Source: Candidatus Latescibacterota bacterium
GTDB lineage: Bacteria > Latescibacterota > UBA2968 > UBA8231
NCBI GenBank assembly: GCA_963422735.1
Contig: OY730476.1
Location: forward strand, 2,496,001 to 2,560,000
Direction of reading: 5' to 3'
DNA length: 64,000 bases
The notes beneath the pieces were generated by a model, which was given only the letters and a program-made list of their open reading frames with translations, did not search any database and had not been told where the DNA came from. Shown one piece after another: positions 47,663 through 55,867 of this stretch (the stretch's first letter is position 1; each line of letters opens with the position of its first letter). The position numbers and the translations under genes are program-made.

Positions 47663-48958
47663 TCACGGGTGTCTCAGGGCTGTCTGCAACGCCTCGACGG
47701 CGCGGTCGATGTCGGTCTCGTCGTTAAAGATGTGCGTGGAGATGCGTATGGCGTTGTAGTTTTCCTTCGGTACGCCAGTATCCTCCACATAGGCGTACGT
47801 GCCCTGCGCTGGTTTGAGGAAGATATTGCGCTTTTGCAATGCGGCGACGACTTCGCTGTGGCTGCCGCTGGTGAGTAAGAAGCTGACGATGCCCGAGGAG
47901 AGCTCGCGTTGGGACGGAGTGATCGGCGCGAGTTGGGGGATTTCCGCTAGGTGCTGGCGCGCGTAGCCGCAGAGTTGGCGGCAGCGCACTTCGACGCGCG
48001 GGCGGCCGATGGCGTTGTGAAATTCCATCGCCACTCCGTGCGCGACGATCTGCGGCACATTGCGGGTGCCGGACGAGGCGGAATAGGCCCTATAGCCGGA
48101 ATACGTGAACACGGGTCGGACGCGATCTTGCACTTCCCTGCGGATGTAGAGCAGTCCTGTGCCCTTGGGAGCGAGCATCCACTTGTGGCTGCTGGAGGCA
48201 TAGGTGTCCACGCCGAGTGCTTTGACGTCGACGGCGATCATGCCTGGGGCCTGCGCTCCGTCGCAGACTAGCAGGATGTCGCGGGGTCGGGTGAGGGCAG
48301 CGATGGCCGCCAGCGGCATTTGCAGCCCGGTGATGGTGTCGATGTGGCTGAAGCTGCACACGCGGGTGCGCGGCGTCAGGTGATCTTCCGCTAGTTGCAG
48401 AATCTCTGCGGCATCGCGCACAGGATTGGGCATTTTGATGCAGCGAACCACCACACCGCGAGTGCGCGCCAAGTGCTGCCAGCAAACCATGCCGCCGCCG
48501 TGTTCGTGATTCGTCGTCAGCACCTCGTCGCCCGGCTGGAGGTCGAGGCCGCTGGCTACGTGGTTCATGCCTTCGGTCGTATTGCGCGTCAGCGCGACCT
48601 CGTCTAGCTCGGCCCCAATGAACTCGGCCCCCTTGGCCCGCACCTTTTCCATCTCGTTGCCGAGGCCGCCCCAAGTGTTGGCCAGCGGATTGCCTTCCAG
48701 CTCGGCAAGGTACGCGGTCAGGGCGTCGGTCACCACGCGGGGCGTCGCACCAATACTGCCGCAGTTGAGATGCACTAGCCCCGGGTGCAGGCGAAACTCT
48801 CGGCGCACCCGCTGCCACAGCGCTCGCTCGCTGCTAGCGGCCGCCACGTCTCGACCGAGGGTGCCGAGCCGCTCGGCAAGCCCTGCGGCCACGTCGGGAA
48901 GGAATGGGGCTGCGGCCGCGGCTACGGCGATCTCCTTGAAAAATGCTCTTCGTTCCAT
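47663..48958 (-). CDS. Tat-exported class V PLP enzyme
   Basis: MERRAFF twin-Arg; 'LNCGSIG', 'CDGAQAPG', 'SSHKWMLAPKGTG', 'RISTHIFN'. Confidence 0.88.
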   Translation of the reverse strand: MERRAFFKEIAVAAAAAPFLPDVAAGLAERLGTLGRDVAAASSERALWQRVRREFRLHPGLVHLNCGSIGATPRVVTDALTAYLAELEGNPLANTWGGLGNEMEKVRAKGAEFIGAELDEVALTRNTTEGMNHVASGLDLQPGDEVLTTNHEHGGGMVCWQHLARTRGVVVRCIKMPNPVRDAAEILQLAEDHLTPRTRVCSFSHIDTITGLQMPLAAIAALTRPRDILLVCDGAQAPGMIAVDVKALGVDTYASSSHKWMLAPKGTGLLYIRREVQDRVRPVFTYSGYRAYSASSGTRNVPQIVAHGVAMEFHNAIGRPRVEVRCRQLCGYARQHLAEIPQLAPITPSQRELSSGIVSFLLTSGSHSEVVAALQKRNIFLKPAQGTYAYVEDTGVPKENYNAIRISTHIFNDETDIDRAVEALQTALRHP

Positions 48959-49011
48959 GGATTTGTCCTATGAGTTTGTCGGTAGTACTAGCTCAGTCTA
49001 TACTTTCTATT

Positions 49012-50199
49012 ATGTCTTGGTACAGATCCTCTCTGCTCCTGCTGGCGGTTGTCGGCTGCGGACGAGCACCCGACCCGGCGCACGAAGTACACGGCGACCG
49101 CTCAATGCACACCGGCCACTACGGAGAAGCCGCTGTCCACTACCAGTGCGCCGTTGAGCAGAATGCAAAATCGCCGGTGCTCTACCGCAAGTTGGCCGAG
49201 GCTCACGCGAAAAACGAAACCCTGTCCGCCGCCGTCCACGCGTACGAGCAGGCCATTTCCCTAGAGCCACGCCACGCCAAGACGCGGACCGAGTTGGCAA
49301 TCCTGTTTACGCGCCTCGACCGCTACGACGAGGCCTTGGCTCTGCTCGAACAGACGGTGCGGGAGCAGCCCGATCACGCCCGTGCGCAGATGGTGCTGGG
49401 CTTGCTGCACGCCCGCGAGGGACGCTACCCAGCCGCGATTGCCGCCTATCAGCGCGCCATTGCCGCCGTGCCCAGCTACGGGGAGGCGTGGTTCAACCTC
49501 GGCGAAGCCTATCTCAAGCAAAACGACTACGCGGCCGCTGAGCAAGCCTTTAGCCGCGCCGTAGCCGCGGACACGACCTCAGCCCAATTTCGCAATAGCT
49601 TGGGGCGCAGCTACTATCTTCGGCGCGACTATGAGGCAGCCGCGGCCGAGTTTCGCCGCGCCGTGCAGCTAGACTCGCTGTTTGCCCAAGCCCGCTTCAA
49701 CCTCGGCAACGCCTTGCTGCGCTCCGGGCAGAAGGAAGTGGGGCGACGCCAGCTTACGCTCTACAAGCGGCTCGACGAAGAGGAGGGCCGAATCGCCATG
49801 CTGAAAAACACCTTGGCGACGCACCCAGACGACGCTGGTACCTACCACGACTTGGCCGTTGTGTACGGGCAGCGCGGCCAATACCAAGAAGCGCGCATCC
49901 GCTATCTCCAAGCACTCGACCGCGACCCTGCTTTTGCGCCTGCCCACCACAATCTCGGCAACATCCACTTCCGCCGGGGGGAAATGGCCGCGGCCGAGCA
50001 GAAGTTTCGCCAAGCATTGCAGGCCGATTCCACGTACGCCCTCGCGCACTTGGGATTGGGCAATGTCCAGATGTTGCGCAAGCAGTACGAGCGCGCCATT
50101 GCCTCCTTCCACCGCGGCTTGCGCCACCAGCCCGACCACCCCAAGCTCCGTCGCAACCTCGCGGCCGCCGAGCAACTCGCCGCGCAGCTTGGCCCATGA
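49012..50199 (+). CDS. TPR lipoprotein (cluster copy B)
   Basis: Lipobox LAVVG-C; TPRs collinear with 15260..16519 (AKTRTELAIL, ARFNLGNALLR, LKNTL). Confidence 0.9.
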   Translation: MSWYRSSLLLLAVVGCGRAPDPAHEVHGDRSMHTGHYGEAAVHYQCAVEQNAKSPVLYRKLAEAHAKNETLSAAVHAYEQAISLEPRHAKTRTELAILFTRLDRYDEALALLEQTVREQPDHARAQMVLGLLHAREGRYPAAIAAYQRAIAAVPSYGEAWFNLGEAYLKQNDYAAAEQAFSRAVAADTTSAQFRNSLGRSYYLRRDYEAAAAEFRRAVQLDSLFAQARFNLGNALLRSGQKEVGRRQLTLYKRLDEEEGRIAMLKNTLATHPDDAGTYHDLAVVYGQRGQYQEARIRYLQALDRDPAFAPAHHNLGNIHFRRGEMAAAEQKFRQALQADSTYALAHLGLGNVQMLRKQYERAIASFHRGLRHQPDHPKLRRNLAAAEQLAAQLGP

Positions 50200-50688
50200 T
50201 GCCGCGCACCTCGTCGCTGTGGGCTATCGTTGTATTCGTCGCGCTCGCGGCGGCCGAGCCAGCCCCGCAATTTGTGGAGATCACCGAGGAAGCGGGCCTA
50301 GATTTTCGCTATGTCAACGGGACCAGTGGCCACAAGTACATGGTGGAAGCGGTCGGCTCGGGTGCGGCCTTTTTCGACAGCGACGTGGATATATTCGTCT
50401 CGGACTCGGCCCCCGCTGCGCAATACGGGGCGGCAATGCCAACCACTGTCTGACGATTGAGGCCGTTGGAACCGCGAGCAACCGGGATGGCTTGGGTACG
50501 CGTCCGCGCCGTGGCCGGCGACTTGGTGCAGACGCGGGAGGCTCATGGGGTCCAGCGACGTGCGCCTGACGCACGGCTTGGGCGACCACAGGGTCGATAC
50601 GCTGCAAGCCCATTAACCCAGCGGAGCGGTGCAGACGCTGGTGGGCGTGGAGGCCGATCAGCGCATTGTGATTCGGGAGGATCGTTGA
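50196..50688 (+). pseudogene. CRTAC1/ASPIC-UnbV paralogue collapsed by internal deletion (copy B)
   Basis: GAAFFDSD fused directly to VDIFVSDS, then frameshifted NANH..SNRDG..AVAGDLVQ..PSGAVQTL. Confidence 0.85.
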
Positions 50689-50856
50689 GGAGGTTGGAGC
50701 GTTTTGACGATAGAGCGCTATTGGGCGATAATGTGTACCGCGATTGATTCGTTTAATGATCGCTTATAAGAGGCGAAAACAATGAGTGCAACGCGATTTT
50801 GTCCTTGCAGATATTGGTGTCGATGTCACACTATCTGAGAAGTGGGATAGTCCCAA

Positions 50857-51057
50857 ACGACAGGTGCGGAATTCATCCGTCGTGTGCGAGCGTTTGGGCG
50901 TGGAGATTTTTTTTACTCGCGACAGGGCAAAGGTAGCCATGGTCGCCTCTATTACGGCAAGCGGTTCACGACGGTGAAAGATCGAAAGAAAGAGATCAGT
51001 CGGAGCTTAGTCGCTACCATGCTCCGACAACTCGGATTGTCCGCAGAGGACATCTAG
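50857..51057 (+). CDS. hicA: HicA-like mRNA interferase, begins with ACG instead of ATG
   Basis: (T)TGAEFIRRVRA...GKGSHGRLYYGKRFTTVKD..KEI...MLRQLGL; not in the ORF track. Confidence 0.75.
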   Translation, partial: TTGAEFIRRVRAFGRGDFFYSRQGKGSHGRLYYGKRFTTVKDRKKEISRSLVATMLRQLGLSAEDI

Positions 51058-51089
51058 GTACTGAAAACCGTGGACGATGAAGGTGTCTT

Positions 51090-51521
51090 ATGGCGCAATT
51101 GAGACGATTGGCCTATCCGGTGAACCTACAGATGATGCCCGATACCGTGCTTGTGTCGTTTCCCGACATTCCAGAAGCCTTGACCGAGGGCGATACGCAA
51201 CGCGAGGTGCTGTCGGAAGCAGCGGACTGCCTTATCGCGGCACTTGGAGGGTACGTGAACGACGGGCGGCGCATTCCGAAACCGTCGGCAGGTAACGGAC
51301 CCGTTGTTGAGTTGCCGGCACTCATCGCTGCCAAGCTCGCGCTCTACGAGGCAATGCGCGAGCAGGACATCGACATTGGCGAATTAGCGGAGCGGCTTGG
51401 CGCAGTTGCAACAACGGTACGACGACTCCTCGATCTGGACCATAGCTCACACATCGATCAGGTCGAGACCGCGCTAGAAGCGTTGGGCAAACGACTAGTG
51501 TTGGAAGTATATGCCGCTTAA
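51090..51521 (+). CDS. hicB: HicB antitoxin with C-terminal HTH
   Basis: 'VSFPDIPEALTEGDT', 'IPKPS', 'RLLDLDHSSHIDQVETALEALGKRL'. Confidence 0.92.
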   Translation: MAQLRRLAYPVNLQMMPDTVLVSFPDIPEALTEGDTQREVLSEAADCLIAALGGYVNDGRRIPKPSAGNGPVVELPALIAAKLALYEAMREQDIDIGELAERLGAVATTVRRLLDLDHSSHIDQVETALEALGKRLVLEVYAA

Positions 51522-52911
51522 CGTGAGAGCGTACCCAAGTCGACTACCCGATTATTGGTGTCATGTAGTTAGCCCTTTCGCGCTCCTTTTATTGTGCAGC
51601 GCGGCTCTATGCGCGGAAGATACGGTCCTGCGCGTAGGAGACAAGGCCATTTCGGTGCGGCGGTTCGAGGCGATGGCGCAAAAGCTGCGGGAGACCGGCT
51701 ACAGCCACGTCGAGGAGCTGAACAGCCAAGGCAAGCAGGAACTGCTTGACGGCGTCATCGCACGGGAATTGCTCATTGCCGAGGGGCTCCGGCGCAGGTA
51801 CGACCGCGATTCGACCATCGCCCGGGCCGTGGCCAAGAGCGAGCGCAAGGCGCTGATGAACAAACTCTACGAGCTGGAGGCTGTGCAGGCGTCGTATTCG
51901 TTTTCGGACGCCGAGCTGCGGGCGTTCTTTGCCCAACAGCAGTACGACGTGGAAGTCCTCAGCCAGCACATCGTCTGCGCCACCGAAGAAGAGGCCCACT
52001 ACGTCCTCGGGTTGCTTGAAGAAGGGACGCCTTTTGAGTCGCTGGTGCGGCCCTATTCTCTCCAGCACATCCAGCAGCGCTTTGGCCCCGGCGGTTGGGT
52101 CGGCTGGTTTAAGGTCGGCGAGGTGTACGAGGAGCTAAAGGGGGCCCTTGGCACCATGCCTATCGGCAGCGTGTATCCCGACCCCGTGCAGACCGCGAGT
52201 GGCTACCACATCTTCCGGCTTGAGAGCCGACGCCCCGTCGATTTTGCCGCGGTCCGCGAGTGGGTGGAGAAAAAGGCCCGCGTACAAAACCGGGCCGACG
52301 ATATGGAACGCTACGTCGGCACTCTGCGCCAGCGGTATCAACTCGCGCTGGATGCGGAGGTTTTTGCCGAGTTGCTTGCCACTCCGCGGCAATCAACGCA
52401 GTGGGATGGAGGGGACGCGCCGCTGCTCACGTGGCGCGGCGGCCAGCTCATGGCGCGGGAATACCTCGCCTTAGTCGAGCAGGGCCGTGCGCCGCATCCG
52501 GTCGAACTCGATAGTGTGCGCCTGTACAAGGCCGTGGATAACCTCGCCGGCAAGCAGATCATGGAGACGGAAGCCCGCAAACTGGGGATTGACGACGATG
52601 CGGATATCCGCGCCAGCGTCGAAAGGGAACGAGATGCCCTGCTAGTCAAGCGGCTCTACCAAGCCGAAGCCGAACGGGTCGGGGAAATCGGCGACGCGGC
52701 CGTGAGGGCCTTCTACAACCAGCACCTCGACCAGTTTACCCTCGCCGATGGCCGAGTAGCGGATTTTGCTTTTCTGCGCGAGAGCATTCGCACGGCCCTG
52801 CGAAAACGGGCCGCAACCCAAGCCATGGATGCGCTATTAGCCGAGTTGCGCGAGGCGCATGCAAGTCAGATCCACGTGTTTTCAGATGCGTTGGAGAAAG
52901 CATTTCAATAG
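51511..52911 (+). CDS. Exported PpiC-type foldase (cluster copy B; start uncertain)
   Basis: Collinear with 18415..19845 (SQHIVCATEEEA, HIQ.RF.P.G.VGW, GYHIFRL). Confidence 0.88.
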   Translation: MPLNVRAYPSRLPDYWCHVVSPFALLLLCSAALCAEDTVLRVGDKAISVRRFEAMAQKLRETGYSHVEELNSQGKQELLDGVIARELLIAEGLRRRYDRDSTIARAVAKSERKALMNKLYELEAVQASYSFSDAELRAFFAQQQYDVEVLSQHIVCATEEEAHYVLGLLEEGTPFESLVRPYSLQHIQQRFGPGGWVGWFKVGEVYEELKGALGTMPIGSVYPDPVQTASGYHIFRLESRRPVDFAAVREWVEKKARVQNRADDMERYVGTLRQRYQLALDAEVFAELLATPRQSTQWDGGDAPLLTWRGGQLMAREYLALVEQGRAPHPVELDSVRLYKAVDNLAGKQIMETEARKLGIDDDADIRASVERERDALLVKRLYQAEAERVGEIGDAAVRAFYNQHLDQFTLADGRVADFAFLRESIRTALRKRAATQAMDALLAELREAHASQIHVFSDALEKAFQ

Positions 52912-52979
52912 AAGAGTGTGGGCGTACCCTTTTGAGCATCCATCGTAGGGGCAACTCTCGTTTGCGGCGTGGCTGGCGT

Positions 52980-55625
52980 TTAGCGGTCCGTGCCCAATCC
53001 CGCGTACACCGTGATGAAGGAGAGCAGCTCGGACGAAGCCGGTGATCCGTCGAGGTTGTTGCGAATCCAGCGCGCACCGACATTCGTCGTCAGGGCGTAG
53101 CCCAAGTACGCTGAGTCGTTGGCAACTTGGCCGGCGAGCACCCACGTCGTGCCGTCTAGGAGGTAGCCCGAGGGCAGGGGGTCTGGCGTGGGACGGAGAT
53201 TGTTGAACAGCTCGCACTCGGCCCCGGCGATGAAGCGCATGTTTCTGTTGATGCGGCGCACGGTTTGCAGCGAGAAAATTTCCGTTAGCTCGCGGGTTTT
53301 GAGTGCGCTGCGCTGCGCCGGCACCCGGTTGTTGTAAAGCTGTTTCCACTTGGGTACCACGGTCCAGCCACGGATGTGGGTGGAGTACTCGCCTTTGACC
53401 ACGATGCCTAAGAAGCTCTGGTCGCGCAACTCGTCCCTCTGATTCCCCAATTGCTGATAGAATTCGTGTTTGACCTTGGCCGTCAATGGCAGGTAGCGGT
53501 CGTAATGTACTTCGAGGTACGTGGTGTTGACAAAGGCGTCGCACGCTGGTAGGAGGTCGCGAGTAAAGACCGAGCGGCCGCGTGTGCCGGGCAGGTCGCG
53601 CCACAACAGCACGTCGTCGGGAATGTCGTCTCGGACCTTGCGCGGATTGGCAATCAGCCACGCGCTGAAATCCTTTTCGGGAAACTCCTTTTTCGCGGTC
53701 AGCAGCAGGTAAGCGGCTTGGTTTTCCCGGGCCGTCTCTAGCAGGCGCTGATCGAGATAGCCGACCATGACGGTTGTGCGGGGTAAGAGCTCGATGGCTG
53801 CGTAGGTGTTGAATCCTTGGCGGCCCAGCTTGTAGGGATAATCGGCTTCCCCATCGTCCTCAAAGCGGTCGATGACGCCGTTGCTGTTCATGTCCATGCC
53901 GAACAAAAACTCCGGCGGATCCACATCAAAGCGCAAAAACGGCTCCTCGTAGTCGGGCTGAGTGTTGAAGTTCCGGTTGAAATCCGAAATGTCGTCGTTG
54001 TCCTCGTCAATGCCCGGGAAGACCGCGGCGTCGGTCAGCAACTGCTGCCCCTGCCGAGTGTTGACGCGGCGGCCGAATGTGCGCCGCGTCCAGTCCGGCA
54101 ACTCATCCTGATCGTCGTTGTCATCGACGAATTCGTACAGGTGTCGCTGCTCGTTATCGTAAAATACCTGCCCCTCGGCGTTGGGGATGAAGGCACGGGT
54201 AGAGTAATCCGCGTCGATGCTGAAAACCTCGGCGAAAAACGTATAGGGATAGTTGCGTTTTTGCGCGGTCGCGTATAGGGCTTGGGCCTCATTGGTCGCT
54301 AGCGTCTGGTCCTTGGCCATGTTCTCGTTGGGAAAGCGGCGGTTCTGAAAGTTGCGGACGAACTCGCCCCTGAAGTCAAAGCCTTGTAGGTCGGCAATGG
54401 CGAGGTCAAATCCCAACATGCGGGTCCCGGTCGGCAGGCCGTAGCTAAACCGATGAAATGCCTGATTCGAGCCGTCCTTGACGTTGCCGGCTGCGCGCAA
54501 CACCGGCAGGAATACGGGCGTGCCGAGGATGTTTGTCTGCTTGTTGGAGGTCACTTCCACCTTGTAGTCGTTGGCCAGCACGAGGCCGATCTCAATGCGC
54601 TCAATCTCGCGGAAATCGTCGATGGCGTCCTCCGTACTCGGGGAGAAGTCTTCAATGTTGTACGTCAGCGTGATGACATCCGTGCCGCTGGCCACAATCG
54701 CGCCGCCGCGGCGAATGCCGCCCTCGACCACAGCAACGATGTCTTTGGTGTGCTCGACGCCGTTGATGAAGATGCGCCAGCGCGACAACAGTGCGCCGCC
54801 CTCGCCGTCTTCGGGCGAATCGTCGGAAATGCGCACGACAATGGAGCGCACAAAGTCCGTGTTCATCGGGCCGCTGAGCAGGCCGCTGAGCGAGTTGTCG
54901 CCAAAAGGCAGGTTGGAATTGCGATGCGCCGCATTGACAAAGGTCGCGCCGAGGGCGGCAAAATCCCCGATCTGCACCCGCCCCTTGGCCGCCATCAGGG
55001 CGGTGAAGGTATTGGCCTGGACGCCACCTCCGATTTCACTGGAGGAAATTTCTCCGGTGTTGCTGATCCGCGACGACAGCATGGTCAGGGCATACTTGTC
55101 GGTCATAAGATCCCACTGAATGCCGTCGAATCGCGGCTTGGAAAATGTCAGGGGGGTCAGGGTCGTGCGGATGCCGTCGCCCACCATCAGGGCCGAGTGG
55201 AACTGCCCGGAATGGCTCGACGATACGAGCAAGTTGTTAAACCACGAGCTAAAACGCGGATTTTTGGTGATGATGCTGCCGTTGTCTTCCGGGTAGTCTT
55301 CGGTCCAGTCGTACACTAGCCAACCCTGCGTGATGTAATCGCCGTACACGTCGTAGAACGGCGAGCCTTCCAAAAAGACCTCAGTGTAGCGCTCGTAGTG
55401 GTCGCGGGCGTAGTTGGAGTATTGCTCTTGCCGCCAGTCGTATAGCGAGTACAGCCGCTGCGGCAGGTACCACTTGCGCACCGAGGGCACGAGGGTCGCT
55501 GGAGAGACTTCAGTACCGGTGGCGTAATAGGGGTTGTCGTACCCAGTGGCGCGTTGGGCACCCACCTCTTGCGGCGGCGCCCAAGCGAATAGACACATTA
55601 GCAGTGCGAAAATTCGACGTCTCAC
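52980..55625 (-). CDS. Large Asp-repeat putative outer-membrane protein (copy B)
   Basis: Collinear paralogue of 28333..30981 with long identical stretches and the same C-terminus AGLGTDR. Confidence 0.85.
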   Translation of the reverse strand: MRRRIFALLMCLFAWAPPQEVGAQRATGYDNPYYATGTEVSPATLVPSVRKWYLPQRLYSLYDWRQEQYSNYARDHYERYTEVFLEGSPFYDVYGDYITQGWLVYDWTEDYPEDNGSIITKNPRFSSWFNNLLVSSSHSGQFHSALMVGDGIRTTLTPLTFSKPRFDGIQWDLMTDKYALTMLSSRISNTGEISSSEIGGGVQANTFTALMAAKGRVQIGDFAALGATFVNAAHRNSNLPFGDNSLSGLLSGPMNTDFVRSIVVRISDDSPEDGEGGALLSRWRIFINGVEHTKDIVAVVEGGIRRGGAIVASGTDVITLTYNIEDFSPSTEDAIDDFREIERIEIGLVLANDYKVEVTSNKQTNILGTPVFLPVLRAAGNVKDGSNQAFHRFSYGLPTGTRMLGFDLAIADLQGFDFRGEFVRNFQNRRFPNENMAKDQTLATNEAQALYATAQKRNYPYTFFAEVFSIDADYSTRAFIPNAEGQVFYDNEQRHLYEFVDDNDDQDELPDWTRRTFGRRVNTRQGQQLLTDAAVFPGIDEDNDDISDFNRNFNTQPDYEEPFLRFDVDPPEFLFGMDMNSNGVIDRFEDDGEADYPYKLGRQGFNTYAAIELLPRTTVMVGYLDQRLLETARENQAAYLLLTAKKEFPEKDFSAWLIANPRKVRDDIPDDVLLWRDLPGTRGRSVFTRDLLPACDAFVNTTYLEVHYDRYLPLTAKVKHEFYQQLGNQRDELRDQSFLGIVVKGEYSTHIRGWTVVPKWKQLYNNRVPAQRSALKTRELTEIFSLQTVRRINRNMRFIAGAECELFNNLRPTPDPLPSGYLLDGTTWVLAGQVANDSAYLGYALTTNVGARWIRNNLDGSPASSELLSFITVYAGLGTDR

Positions 55626-55645
55626 GGAGTGCTCCCTCTTAATAC

Positions 55646-55867
55646 CTGACGTTACGCAGTGGTTTGTCGCCGACGAACCCGTCCATGCAGGCGGTGCCCA
55701 ACCGGTGGGGCCCGCTGGCTTCCTGCTTCCGCAGAAAGGACCCCTGCCCCCGTTGAGGGCCGAACCAAGGTGCAGGCCCAAAGCTCGTCATTGCCGCACA
55801 GGCGTGACATCCAGTAGGAGGAGGCGGGGCGAAACCACGCATGGTGTGGCAAACTGCGTAACATCTG
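55646..55867. mobile_element. ~222-bp MITE-like insertion with imperfect 15-bp TIRs inside the copy-B operon
   Basis: CTGACGTTACGCAGT ... ACTGCGTAACATCTG (2 mismatches); TAATA on both flanks; absent from the copy-A spacer. Confidence 0.7.
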
